Positions 20,813 through 29,542 of a DNA stretch of 64,000 nt are shown in pieces. The stretch is from NCBI RefSeq assembly GCF_029227855.1, contig NZ_CP074356.1; one strand, given 5' to 3'. Position 1 is the stretch's first letter. Each line of letters begins with the position of its first letter. The position numbers and the translations under genes were made by a program. This DNA comes from Escherichia coli. GTDB lineage: Bacteria; Pseudomonadota; Gammaproteobacteria; Enterobacterales; Enterobacteriaceae. The notes beneath the pieces are model-generated. The model ran no database searches, had not been told where the DNA came from, and was given only the letters and a program-made list of their open reading frames with translations.

Positions 20813-22288
20813 ATGTCTTTACAGGAAGAGGAACTCGTTTCCAGTCATGCCGGGCAGCCTGAGCAGGCATCGTCGCTGCTTGATCAAATCATGGCACAGA
20901 CCCGTATTCAGCCCGGTTCGGAAGGTTATGACGTTGCCCGCCAGGGTGTGACAGCCTTTATTGCCAGCATCCTGCAATCCACTGCATCTGCCGAACCGGT
21001 CAATAAACTGGCCGTGGACAGCATGATTGCAGATATTGATGAACGCATCAGCCGCCAGATGGATGTCATCATCCATGCGCCTGCCTTTCAGCAGGTCGAG
21101 TCGTTCTGGCGCTCACTGAAAACCATGGTGGATCGCGTTGATTTCCGTGAAAACATCAAGGTCAACGTGCTTCATGTCACCAAGCAGGAACTTCTGGAAG
21201 ACTTTGAGTTTGCGCCAGAAATTATTCAGTCCGGATTTTATAAGCACGTTTATTCGTCCGGTTTCGGACAGTTTGGCGGTGAACCCATCGCTGCCGTGCT
21301 GGGCGCTTATGAGTTCAAAAATACCGCGCCTGACATGAAACTGCTGCAATACGTCAGTGCCGTGGGCGCAATGGCGCACGCACCGTTCCTGTCCTCCGTT
21401 TCCCCGGAGTTTATGGGGCTGAACTCGTGGACCGAACTGCCTAATATCAAAGATCTTTATGCCATCTTTGAAGGTCCGGCCTACACCAAATGGCGCGCCC
21501 TGCGAGACTCGGAAGATTCGCGCTATTTAGGGCTTACGGCACCCCGCTTCCTGCTTCGCCAGCCTTATTCACCAACAGATAACCCTATTAAGAACTTTAA
21601 CTATCACGAAGATGTCAGCCGGAACCACGAAGATTATCTGTGGGGTAATACGGCCTGGATGCTGGCGTGCAATGTCGCAGACAGTTTTGCCAAATACCGC
21701 TGGTGTCCAAATATCATCGGTCCGCAAAGCGGCGGCGCAGTGAAAGATCTGCCGGTGCATCTGTTCGAAACGATGGGTCAGATTCAGGCCAAAATCCCAA
21801 CCGAGGTGCTGGTCACCGATCGCCGCGAATTTGAACTGGCTGAAGAGGGTTTTATCACCCTTACCATGCGTAAAGACTCTGATAATGCAGCCTTTTTCTC
21901 TGCAAACTCTGTACAAAAACCGAAGCACTTTCCGGGCAAAGACGCAGAAACCAACTATAAGTTGGGTACGCAGCTTCCTTATCTCTTCATCATCAATCGG
22001 TTAGCGCACTACATCAAGGTGTTGCAGCGTGAACAACTGGGGTCATGGAAAGAAAGGAGCGACTTAGAGAGGGAGCTTAATACCTGGATCCGTCAGTATG
22101 TTGCCGACCAGGAAAACCCGCCTGCGGACGTGCGCAGCCGCAAGCCTCTGCGTGCTGCCAGAGTTGAGGTTATGGATGTGGAAGGCGAACCCGGCTGGTA
22201 CCAGGTCGCGCTGAGCGTGCGGCCCCATTTTAAATTTATGGGGGCAAACTTTGAGCTTTCCCTGGTTGGCCGGTTAGACAGGGAGTAA
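20813..22288 (+). CDS. tssC: T6SS contractile sheath large subunit TssC (VipB)
   Basis: 491 aa with characteristic TssC sequence throughout. Confidence 0.95.
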   Translation: MSLQEEELVSSHAGQPEQASSLLDQIMAQTRIQPGSEGYDVARQGVTAFIASILQSTASAEPVNKLAVDSMIADIDERISRQMDVIIHAPAFQQVESFWRSLKTMVDRVDFRENIKVNVLHVTKQELLEDFEFAPEIIQSGFYKHVYSSGFGQFGGEPIAAVLGAYEFKNTAPDMKLLQYVSAVGAMAHAPFLSSVSPEFMGLNSWTELPNIKDLYAIFEGPAYTKWRALRDSEDSRYLGLTAPRFLLRQPYSPTDNPIKNFNYHEDVSRNHEDYLWGNTAWMLACNVADSFAKYRWCPNIIGPQSGGAVKDLPVHLFETMGQIQAKIPTEVLVTDRREFELAEEGFITLTMRKDSDNAAFFSANSVQKPKHFPGKDAETNYKLGTQLPYLFIINRLAHYIKVLQREQLGSWKERSDLERELNTWIRQYVADQENPPADVRSRKPLRAARVEVMDVEGEPGWYQVALSVRPHFKFMGANFELSLVGRLDRE

Positions 22289-22294
22289 CACGCC

Positions 22295-22708
22295 ATGATA
22301 CCGGATCGGGAAAGAACCACAGGTTCTCTTTTTGAGCGTATGGAAGCCTCACCGGCCAGAAACTGGCAAGGAAGCAGTATTCATGCGCTCAGGCAGTCCA
22401 TTCGCCAGAACCTGCGAAACATTCTTAATACCCGATCCGGTAGTTGCCGGGGTGCGCCTGAACTGGGCATTGATGAACCTGAAGGGGCTGAAAACTTCCG
22501 CGAATCAATGAGTCTGGCCATCGCGCAATGTATAGAACGCTATGAACCCCGGATCTCACACGCTGAAGTGCAGGCTGTGGTTTCATCCGCCGCCAGCCCG
22601 CTGGATATGACGTTTCGTATTACAGCCTGGGTGACATTTAACGAAACGCATGAGGTGCTTGAATTTGATATGGCACCGAATGGCAGCCAGCATTACCGGG
22701 TGGACTGA
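22295..22708 (+). CDS. tssE: T6SS baseplate protein TssE (gp25-like)
   Basis: 137 aa; GSLFERM N-terminus and gp25-like core. Confidence 0.9.
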   Translation: MIPDRERTTGSLFERMEASPARNWQGSSIHALRQSIRQNLRNILNTRSGSCRGAPELGIDEPEGAENFRESMSLAIAQCIERYEPRISHAEVQAVVSSAASPLDMTFRITAWVTFNETHEVLEFDMAPNGSQHYRVD

Positions 22709-22711
22709 CAA

Positions 22712-24562
22712 ATGGAATTTGAAGAACGCTATTTCCGGGAAGAACTCGATTACCTGCGCCAGCTTAGCAAGCTGCTGGCAACGGAAAAACCCCATCTGGC
22801 CCGCTTCCTGGCCGAAAAAGATGCAGATCCGGATATTGAACGCCTGCTGGAAGGGGTGGCTTTTCTTACCGGCAATCTCCGCCAGAAAATTGAGGATGAA
22901 TTCCCAGAACTGACGCACGGGCTTATTAAGATGCTATGGCCTAATTACCTGCGTCCGGTTCCGGCAATGACCCTTATTGAATATACGCCGGATATGGATA
23001 AGTCTTCTGTACCGGTGTTAATCCCCCGTAATGAGCAGTTTACAACCAACGCCGGGGAAATCAGAGTTGATGAAGTGCTGCCCTCTGATGCTAAAAAGGA
23101 GGAGCCTCCTCCCTGTACCTTCACCCTCTGCCGGGATATCTGGCTGCTGCCCGTTCGCCTGGAGCAGATTGAAAACCGCAGTACGCCCCGTAATGGTGTT
23201 ATCAACATCACCTTTTCGGTCGCACCGGGAACGGACTTCCGCACGCTGGATCTGAACAAACTTCGCTTCTGGCTCGGCAATGACGACAACTATACCCGTG
23301 ACCAGCTTTATTTATGGTTCTGTGAATACTTGCAGGGTGCCGACCTGACTGTGGGTGAACAGCATATTCGCCTGCCTGAGTTTATGCTGAAAGCTGTCGG
23401 TTTTGAGCCGCAGGATGCCATGCTGCCCTGGCCGAAAAACGTCCACAGCGGCTACCGGATCCTTCAGGAGTATTTCTGTTACCCCGATGCGTTTCTCTTT
23501 TTTGATCTTTGTGGTTGTCCGGCTTTGCCTGACGGATTGCAGGCGGAATTCTTTACCCTGCAACTGCGTTTTTCGCGCCCTTTGCCCGTGGACATCCGGC
23601 TGCGCCGCGATTCCCTGCGCCTGTATTGCGCACCTGCCATTAATTTATTTATCCACCATGCAGAAGCCATCACGCTGGACAACCGGCGGGCAGACTATCC
23701 GCTGGTTCCCAGCCGCCATTACCCACAACATTACGATGTATTTTCCGTTAACAGTGTGGTGAGCCAGGTCCAGGATATGTTCAGGAAAAAAGATCTGGGG
23801 CGTCCTGTTTCGACGCAGGCCGCGCGCCAGTGGCCAGCCTTTGAAAGTTTCAGCCATCAGATGGAATACAGCCGGAAGCGGGAAGTGGTGTACTGGCATC
23901 ACCGGACCAAAACATCCCTGTTCCATCGCGGCTTTGATCATACTCTTGCCTTTATACATGCTGATGGCAGTTATCCGTCAGATGAATCTCTGCTCAGTAA
24001 TGAAGTGGTTTCGGTATCGCTGACCTGTACCAACCGTGAGCTTCCGTCACAAATTCGTTCCGGCGATATCACCGGCACAACCGGTAAAAATGCGGCTGTT
24101 GCTTCATTTCGCAACATTACCCGCCCGACGCAACCACTCTGGCCGGTCATTGATGGCAGCCTGCACTGGTCCCTACTCTCCGCCATGAACCTGAATTATC
24201 TGTCATTACTGGATACGGACGCGCTGAAGCAGGTCATCGCCAACTTTGATCGCCACGCAATCCATCATCCGCAGACGGCGCGGCTGTCACAACAAAAGCT
24301 GGATGCCATTGAGCGTCTGGAGACTCGCCCTGTCGACCGCCTGTTTACGGGCATTCCCGTCCGGGGGCTGGCCTCCACGCTGTATCTGCACCCGGAGCCG
24401 TTTGTCTGTGAAGGGGAAATGTATCTGCTCGGTACGGTGCTTTCGCATTTTCTGTCGCTGTACGCCAGCGTTAACTCATTCCACATGCTGACCGTTGTGA
24501 ACACAGAAAGCCAGGAGACATGGAAATGGACGGAAAGAACCGGGCAGCATCCTCTTATCTGA
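22712..24562 (+). CDS. tssF: T6SS baseplate protein TssF
   Basis: 616 aa, MEFEERYFREELDYLRQL... Confidence 0.9.
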   Translation: MEFEERYFREELDYLRQLSKLLATEKPHLARFLAEKDADPDIERLLEGVAFLTGNLRQKIEDEFPELTHGLIKMLWPNYLRPVPAMTLIEYTPDMDKSSVPVLIPRNEQFTTNAGEIRVDEVLPSDAKKEEPPPCTFTLCRDIWLLPVRLEQIENRSTPRNGVINITFSVAPGTDFRTLDLNKLRFWLGNDDNYTRDQLYLWFCEYLQGADLTVGEQHIRLPEFMLKAVGFEPQDAMLPWPKNVHSGYRILQEYFCYPDAFLFFDLCGCPALPDGLQAEFFTLQLRFSRPLPVDIRLRRDSLRLYCAPAINLFIHHAEAITLDNRRADYPLVPSRHYPQHYDVFSVNSVVSQVQDMFRKKDLGRPVSTQAARQWPAFESFSHQMEYSRKREVVYWHHRTKTSLFHRGFDHTLAFIHADGSYPSDESLLSNEVVSVSLTCTNRELPSQIRSGDITGTTGKNAAVASFRNITRPTQPLWPVIDGSLHWSLLSAMNLNYLSLLDTDALKQVIANFDRHAIHHPQTARLSQQKLDAIERLETRPVDRLFTGIPVRGLASTLYLHPEPFVCEGEMYLLGTVLSHFLSLYASVNSFHMLTVVNTESQETWKWTERTGQHPLI

Positions 24563-25608
24563 GTCCGGGAAATCCCCCGGCAGATAAAGAGCAGAATGAT
24601 CCGCTGGCACAGGTTTTTCATAACGCCTGCTCTTACAATTTTTTTGCGATGGCGGAGCTGTTGCACCGCCTGGCACAGGGTGAAAAGGGGACGCCGGAAT
24701 TATCCCTGCGCGACGATCCGGCACAGGAAACCCTGCGTTTCAGCGCCGATGCCAGCCTTGCGTTTCCCCTGAGTGATATAAGTGCGCTGAAACGGGATAC
24801 GTCAGGGGCATTCAGGATGACCACTACCTTTATGGGGTTACAGGGGAGCCAGTCGCCTCTCCCCGGTTATTACCTCGATCACCTGGCCTGGAAAGCGGTA
24901 CATGAACAAAGTCCGGTAGGTGATTTTCTGGATATGTTCAGCCACCGCCTGACCCAGTTTGTCTGGCATATCTGGCGTAAGTACCGCTATCACATCAGTT
25001 TTCGTAACGGCGGTGTGGATGCGTTCTCGCAGCGCATGTACTCCCTTGTTGGGCTGGGCCACCGCCAGCTTCGCGATAAGCTGGCGATTAATCACAGCAA
25101 AATGCTGGCGTATTCCGGGATCCCGGCAAATCCGGGACGATCCCCGGAAATAATCTGCGGTCTGGTGTCCCACTGTTTTGATTTGTCAGACGTGACGCTG
25201 CAAAACTGGCAACGTCGCAAGGTGGATATTGAACCGGATCAGCAAAATAGCCTGGGGAGTTATTCACTTAAAAATGGCGAAAAACTGGCAGGAAGATCGG
25301 TACTGGGCAACTTTGTTCTGGGTACACGGGTGCCCGATCTCAGCGGAAAATTCCAGCTCAGTATTACCAGCCTGACCCGAAAACAGTTCCTCTCTTTTCT
25401 GCCGTCCGGCGAAAACTTCCTGCCACTGACGATGTTTGTGTCCTTCATCCTGCGCGATCAGCTTGCCTGGGACTTACATCTGGGGCTGGCGCCGGAGCAG
25501 GTGGGCGCAATGCGCCTGGGCGATAACAAAAGTGCGCTGCTGGGCTGGACCAGCTTCCTCGGCACACCGGAAGAACGACCTTCAGTCACCATCAGGGTAC
25601 GGTCGTAA
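24520..25608 (+). CDS. tssG: T6SS baseplate protein TssG
   Basis: 362 aa; N-terminal FFAMAELLHRL motif; overlaps tssF 3' end by 43 nt. Confidence 0.9.
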   Translation: MEMDGKNRAASSYLSPGNPPADKEQNDPLAQVFHNACSYNFFAMAELLHRLAQGEKGTPELSLRDDPAQETLRFSADASLAFPLSDISALKRDTSGAFRMTTTFMGLQGSQSPLPGYYLDHLAWKAVHEQSPVGDFLDMFSHRLTQFVWHIWRKYRYHISFRNGGVDAFSQRMYSLVGLGHRQLRDKLAINHSKMLAYSGIPANPGRSPEIICGLVSHCFDLSDVTLQNWQRRKVDIEPDQQNSLGSYSLKNGEKLAGRSVLGNFVLGTRVPDLSGKFQLSITSLTRKQFLSFLPSGENFLPLTMFVSFILRDQLAWDLHLGLAPEQVGAMRLGDNKSALLGWTSFLGTPEERPSVTIRVRS

Positions 25609-25632
25609 ATTATGATAATCACGGAGCAGAAT

Positions 25633-26913
25633 ATGCCGGAAGAGAAACTACAGACGCTTTCATTGCAGGTCATTAACGGCAGTGAGCTGGAAAGCGGGCG
25701 GGCGGCGCGCTGTCTGTTCACACAGCAGGGAAATGTCGGCCATGGCCCCGAATGCCACTGGTCGGTACAGGATCGTCAGCAGAGCATTCCGGCTCAGGCT
25801 TTTACCGTTATCCTGCACGATGGCACATTTTGTCTGCGCCCGCAGACGGCACAACTGTGGCTGAACCAAGCAAAAGTCACAGCAACATCAGACCTGATAC
25901 AGCTGCGCCAGGGCGATGAGATCCAGATAGGGCGTCTGATGGTGAGGGTTCATCTGAACCGGGGAGATATCCCCCATTACGATGAGGAAATGGCCACTCC
26001 CGAAACCATCGTCACCAATCGCGATATGCTCACGGATACCCTGCTGTCAACGGAGGGTGCGCCACACTATCCGGGAATGACTCACCGGCATCAGCTTGCA
26101 GACACCGTGGTAAACGGTTTTTCTGCCGATCCACTCCAGGCTCTTCAGTCCGAAAGCCTGATTACCACGGGCGATCCGCTTTCAGGCATTGCGGCTGTCC
26201 GGCCATCGGCACCGCTGTCCGATCCGGCAAGTAATGGGGGGATCAATACGCCGTTTATGGATCTGCCGCCCATTTATGCCAGCCCCGGCGATCGTAATGA
26301 TGACGTCTCTGTGGCAGAAATGGCGCAACGCCACCTTGCGGTCACCCCCTTACTGCGCGGTCTCGGCGGTTCGCTTACCGTGAGCAATTCCGACGATGCG
26401 GATGATTTTCTGGAAGAGGCCGGACGAACGTTACAGGCCGCAATAAAAGGTCTGCTCGATTTGCAGCAACAGCGTAACAGCCTCTCAGACAAACATTTGC
26501 GCCCGCTGGAAGATAACCCGCTGCGCCTGAACATGGATTACGCCACCGCGCTCGACGTGATGTTTGCCGAAGGTAAAAGTCCGGTACATCTGGCGGCTCC
26601 CGCCGCTGTCAGTGAAAGCCTGCGCAATGTCCGCCACCACGAAGAAGCTAACCGGGCAGCGATTGTGGAGTCGCTTCGTGTCCTGCTGGATGCTTTCTCA
26701 CCACAAAATCTGCTGCGCCGCTTTGTGCAGTACCGCCGCAGCCATGAACTGCGCCAGCCGCTGGATGATGCCGGAGCATGGCAAATGTACAGCCATTATT
26801 ACGAAGAACTGGCCTCCGATCGCCAGCAGGGGTTTGAGATGCTGTTTAACGAGGTCTACGCCCAGGTCTATGACCGGGTGCTTCGTGAAAAACAGCGGGA
26901 GCCGGAAGCATGA
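25633..26913 (+). CDS. tagH: T6SS-associated FHA domain protein TagH
   Basis: FHA-like N-terminal domain (GR..C.F....VGHG..H..V; LRQGDEIQIGRLMVRV); ATG at 25633 has a GGAG RBS, alternative start 25612. Confidence 0.8.
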   Translation: MPEEKLQTLSLQVINGSELESGRAARCLFTQQGNVGHGPECHWSVQDRQQSIPAQAFTVILHDGTFCLRPQTAQLWLNQAKVTATSDLIQLRQGDEIQIGRLMVRVHLNRGDIPHYDEEMATPETIVTNRDMLTDTLLSTEGAPHYPGMTHRHQLADTVVNGFSADPLQALQSESLITTGDPLSGIAAVRPSAPLSDPASNGGINTPFMDLPPIYASPGDRNDDVSVAEMAQRHLAVTPLLRGLGGSLTVSNSDDADDFLEEAGRTLQAAIKGLLDLQQQRNSLSDKHLRPLEDNPLRLNMDYATALDVMFAEGKSPVHLAAPAAVSESLRNVRHHEEANRAAIVESLRVLLDAFSPQNLLRRFVQYRRSHELRQPLDDAGAWQMYSHYYEELASDRQQGFEMLFNEVYAQVYDRVLREKQREPEA

Positions 26914-27434
26914 ACAGGAAGGCGTTTCTGGCCTGCGTGCTGATGTGCGTCATATTAACCGGCTGCGAAACGGCGAAAAAAATCAGCGAGGTGATCAAAA
27001 ACCCGGATATCCAGGTCGGGAGCCTGAAGGAGCAACCTTCGGAAATAACCGTCACCCTGCTGACCGAACCGGACACCAATACCAATGCGGAGGGTGAATC
27101 AGCCGCCGTGGATGTGCAACTGGTGTACCTGACTGACGACTCAAAATTGCTGGCAGCCGACTATGACCAGATAGCCAGTACGCCGCTACCGGATGTGTTG
27201 GGTAAAAACTATATCGACCACCAGGATTTCAACCTGTTGCCGGACACCATCAAAACCCTGCCGCCGGTAAAGCTGGATGAGAAAACGCAGTTTATTGGTG
27301 TCGTGGCCTATTTCTCCGATGACCAGGCCACTGAATGGAAACAAATCGAGACGGTGGAAGGAACCGGCCACCATTACCGCCTGCTGGTGCATGTACGTCA
27401 AAGCAGCATCGAAATGAAAAAAGAGGATGAATAA
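26910..27434 (+). CDS. tssJ: T6SS outer-membrane lipoprotein TssJ
   Basis: 174 aa with lipobox ILTGC; start overlaps tagH stop. Confidence 0.85.
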   Translation: MNRKAFLACVLMCVILTGCETAKKISEVIKNPDIQVGSLKEQPSEITVTLLTEPDTNTNAEGESAAVDVQLVYLTDDSKLLAADYDQIASTPLPDVLGKNYIDHQDFNLLPDTIKTLPPVKLDEKTQFIGVVAYFSDDQATEWKQIETVEGTGHHYRLLVHVRQSSIEMKKEDE

Positions 27435-27436
27435 TT

Positions 27437-28768
27437 ATGGCAACCACCCGCAACAAGGTGATGTGGCAGGAAGGGATGCTGATGCGCCCACACCATTTCC
27501 AGCAACAGCAGCGTTACAACGACTACCTGGATAACCAGCGTTTCCGGGCCATGAATGATTTATCCTGGGGATTTACCGAACTCACCCTCAACAATGAACT
27601 GCTGGCGCAGGGTAAGATCATGATTGACAGCGCGTCAGGCACACTGCCCGACGGCACCGTCTTTTCTATCCCCGACCAGGACGCACTGCCCGATCCGCTG
27701 CACCCGCAACATTTTCCGGACGAAAGAAGCCGCAATATTTACCTCGCTCTGCCGGTCGCCAGTGATGTGAGAAATGAAATCAGCGACGGGCGGCGAATCG
27801 GGCGTTACCGGCTGAATTATGCCGATGTCCGGGATCTGCATTCAGAAGAAGGTGACGCGCGAACACTGACGCTGGGTCAACTGACGCCGCGCATTATGAG
27901 CGGTGCAGAAGATATGAGCGCCTATATTACGCTCCCGCTTTGCCGTATCAGCGATCGCCATGCCGACGGCTCCCTGACGCTGGATGACGATTTTATCCCC
28001 TCCTGCCAGAATATTCAGGTCAGTAAGAAACTGCGTGTTTATCTCAAAGAGGTACAGGGGGCCATTGGCGGACGGGCAAGCGATCTGGCAAACCGCATTG
28101 GCTCTCCGGCGCAGAGCGGCATCGCGGATGTGGCGGAATTTATGATGTTGCAGTTACTTAACCGTAACCAGACCCGGTTTACCCATCGCGCTCGTCGATC
28201 CCAGCTCCACCCGGAAGATTTCTACCTTGATCTTGCCGGGTTGCTGGGTGAACTGATGACCTTTACCGAGCCGTCGCGCCTGCCCTGCCCGCTTGATGTG
28301 TATGATCATCATGACCTGACCAAAACATTTAAAACGCTGTTACCGGAAGTCAAACGGGCGCTGCATACCGTACTGTCGCCAAGAGCCGTTAATCTGCCGC
28401 TGCATCTGCGTGACGGTATCTGGCAGGCCGATATCCATGACACAGAACTGCTGCAATCTGCCACCTTTGTGCTGGCCGTGGCGGCAAACATGCCGGTCGA
28501 TCAGATCCAGCGCCAGTTTATCCAGCAGTCGAAAATTTCCTCGCCGGAAAAAATCCGCAATATGGTCAGTGTGCAGATACCCGGCATTCCATTGCGTGCC
28601 CTGATGGTGGCTCCCCGCCAGCTTCCTTACCATTCCGGGTTCAGCTATTTCGAACTCGACAAGAGCGGCCAGGCCTGGACAGAAATGGCTGCCGCCGGGG
28701 CCGTTGCACTGCATGTATCCGGCAGTTTCCCGGATCTGAACATGCAACTGTGGGCGATAAGAGGGTAA
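27437..28768 (+). CDS. tssK: T6SS baseplate protein TssK
   Basis: 443 aa; N-terminus KVMWQEGMLMRPHHFQQ typical of TssK. Confidence 0.9.
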   Translation: MATTRNKVMWQEGMLMRPHHFQQQQRYNDYLDNQRFRAMNDLSWGFTELTLNNELLAQGKIMIDSASGTLPDGTVFSIPDQDALPDPLHPQHFPDERSRNIYLALPVASDVRNEISDGRRIGRYRLNYADVRDLHSEEGDARTLTLGQLTPRIMSGAEDMSAYITLPLCRISDRHADGSLTLDDDFIPSCQNIQVSKKLRVYLKEVQGAIGGRASDLANRIGSPAQSGIADVAEFMMLQLLNRNQTRFTHRARRSQLHPEDFYLDLAGLLGELMTFTEPSRLPCPLDVYDHHDLTKTFKTLLPEVKRALHTVLSPRAVNLPLHLRDGIWQADIHDTELLQSATFVLAVAANMPVDQIQRQFIQQSKISSPEKIRNMVSVQIPGIPLRALMVAPRQLPYHSGFSYFELDKSGQAWTEMAAAGAVALHVSGSFPDLNMQLWAIRG

Positions 28769-28772
28769 GACG

Positions 28773-29534
28773 ATGGATGAGGGGTCACTGTCTCTGCCAC
28801 CATTTACCGGACACCACGAAAAAAGCCAGCGCGACTATCATCTCGCGCTTCGTGGCAACAGCCTGAATCCGATGATCGACGCAGCCACGCCGCTCCTCGG
28901 TATGGTGATGCGCCTTTCAACCATGAACAGTCAGACGATGCCGGAGCATCTTTTTGCTCAGGTGGTGACAGATGTTCAGGCCGTGGAGCAACTGCTTCAG
29001 GAGCAGGGCTACGAACCGGGCGTGATTATCTCGTTTCGCTACATCCTCTGCACGTTTATTGATGAAGCGGCGCTCGGTAACGGCTGGTCGAACAAGAACG
29101 AGTGGATCAAGCAGTCATTGCTGGTCCATTTCCACAACGAAGCCTGGGGTGGAGAGAAAGTTTTCATCCTGCTGGAGCGCCTGATCCGTGAACCCAAACG
29201 TTACCAGGATCTGCTGGAATTTCTCTGGATCTGTTTTTCTCTGGGATTTCGCGGGCGCTACAAAGTGGCAGCACAGGATCAGGGGGAATTTGAGCAGATC
29301 TACCGCCGTCTGTACCACGTTCTGCATAAACTGCGCGGCGATGCCCCTTTCCCGCTGTTACACCAGGACAAAAAAACCCAGGGCGGGCGTTATCAGCTCA
29401 TCAGTCGCCTGACTGTTAAACATATTTTTTGTGGTGGCGTTGTCGTGCTGGCGTTGTTTTACCTGTTCTATCTGTTGCGGCTGGACAGCCAGACGCAGGA
29501 CATCCTGCACCAGCTAAACAAATTACTTCGATAA
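28773..29534 (+). CDS. tssL: T6SS membrane complex protein TssL (DotU family)
   Basis: 253 aa, cytoplasmic DotU-like domain plus one C-terminal TM helix; no OmpA-like extension. Confidence 0.9.
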   Translation: MDEGSLSLPPFTGHHEKSQRDYHLALRGNSLNPMIDAATPLLGMVMRLSTMNSQTMPEHLFAQVVTDVQAVEQLLQEQGYEPGVIISFRYILCTFIDEAALGNGWSNKNEWIKQSLLVHFHNEAWGGEKVFILLERLIREPKRYQDLLEFLWICFSLGFRGRYKVAAQDQGEFEQIYRRLYHVLHKLRGDAPFPLLHQDKKTQGGRYQLISRLTVKHIFCGGVVVLALFYLFYLLRLDSQTQDILHQLNKLLR

Positions 29535-29542
29535 GGACGTTT

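Noticed and set aside
24520-24562. 43-nt overlap between tssF and tssG as a possible frameshift or fusion
   Set aside because: Both frames give full-length proteins with family-typical N-termini; overlapping coupled genes are normal in T6SS operons.
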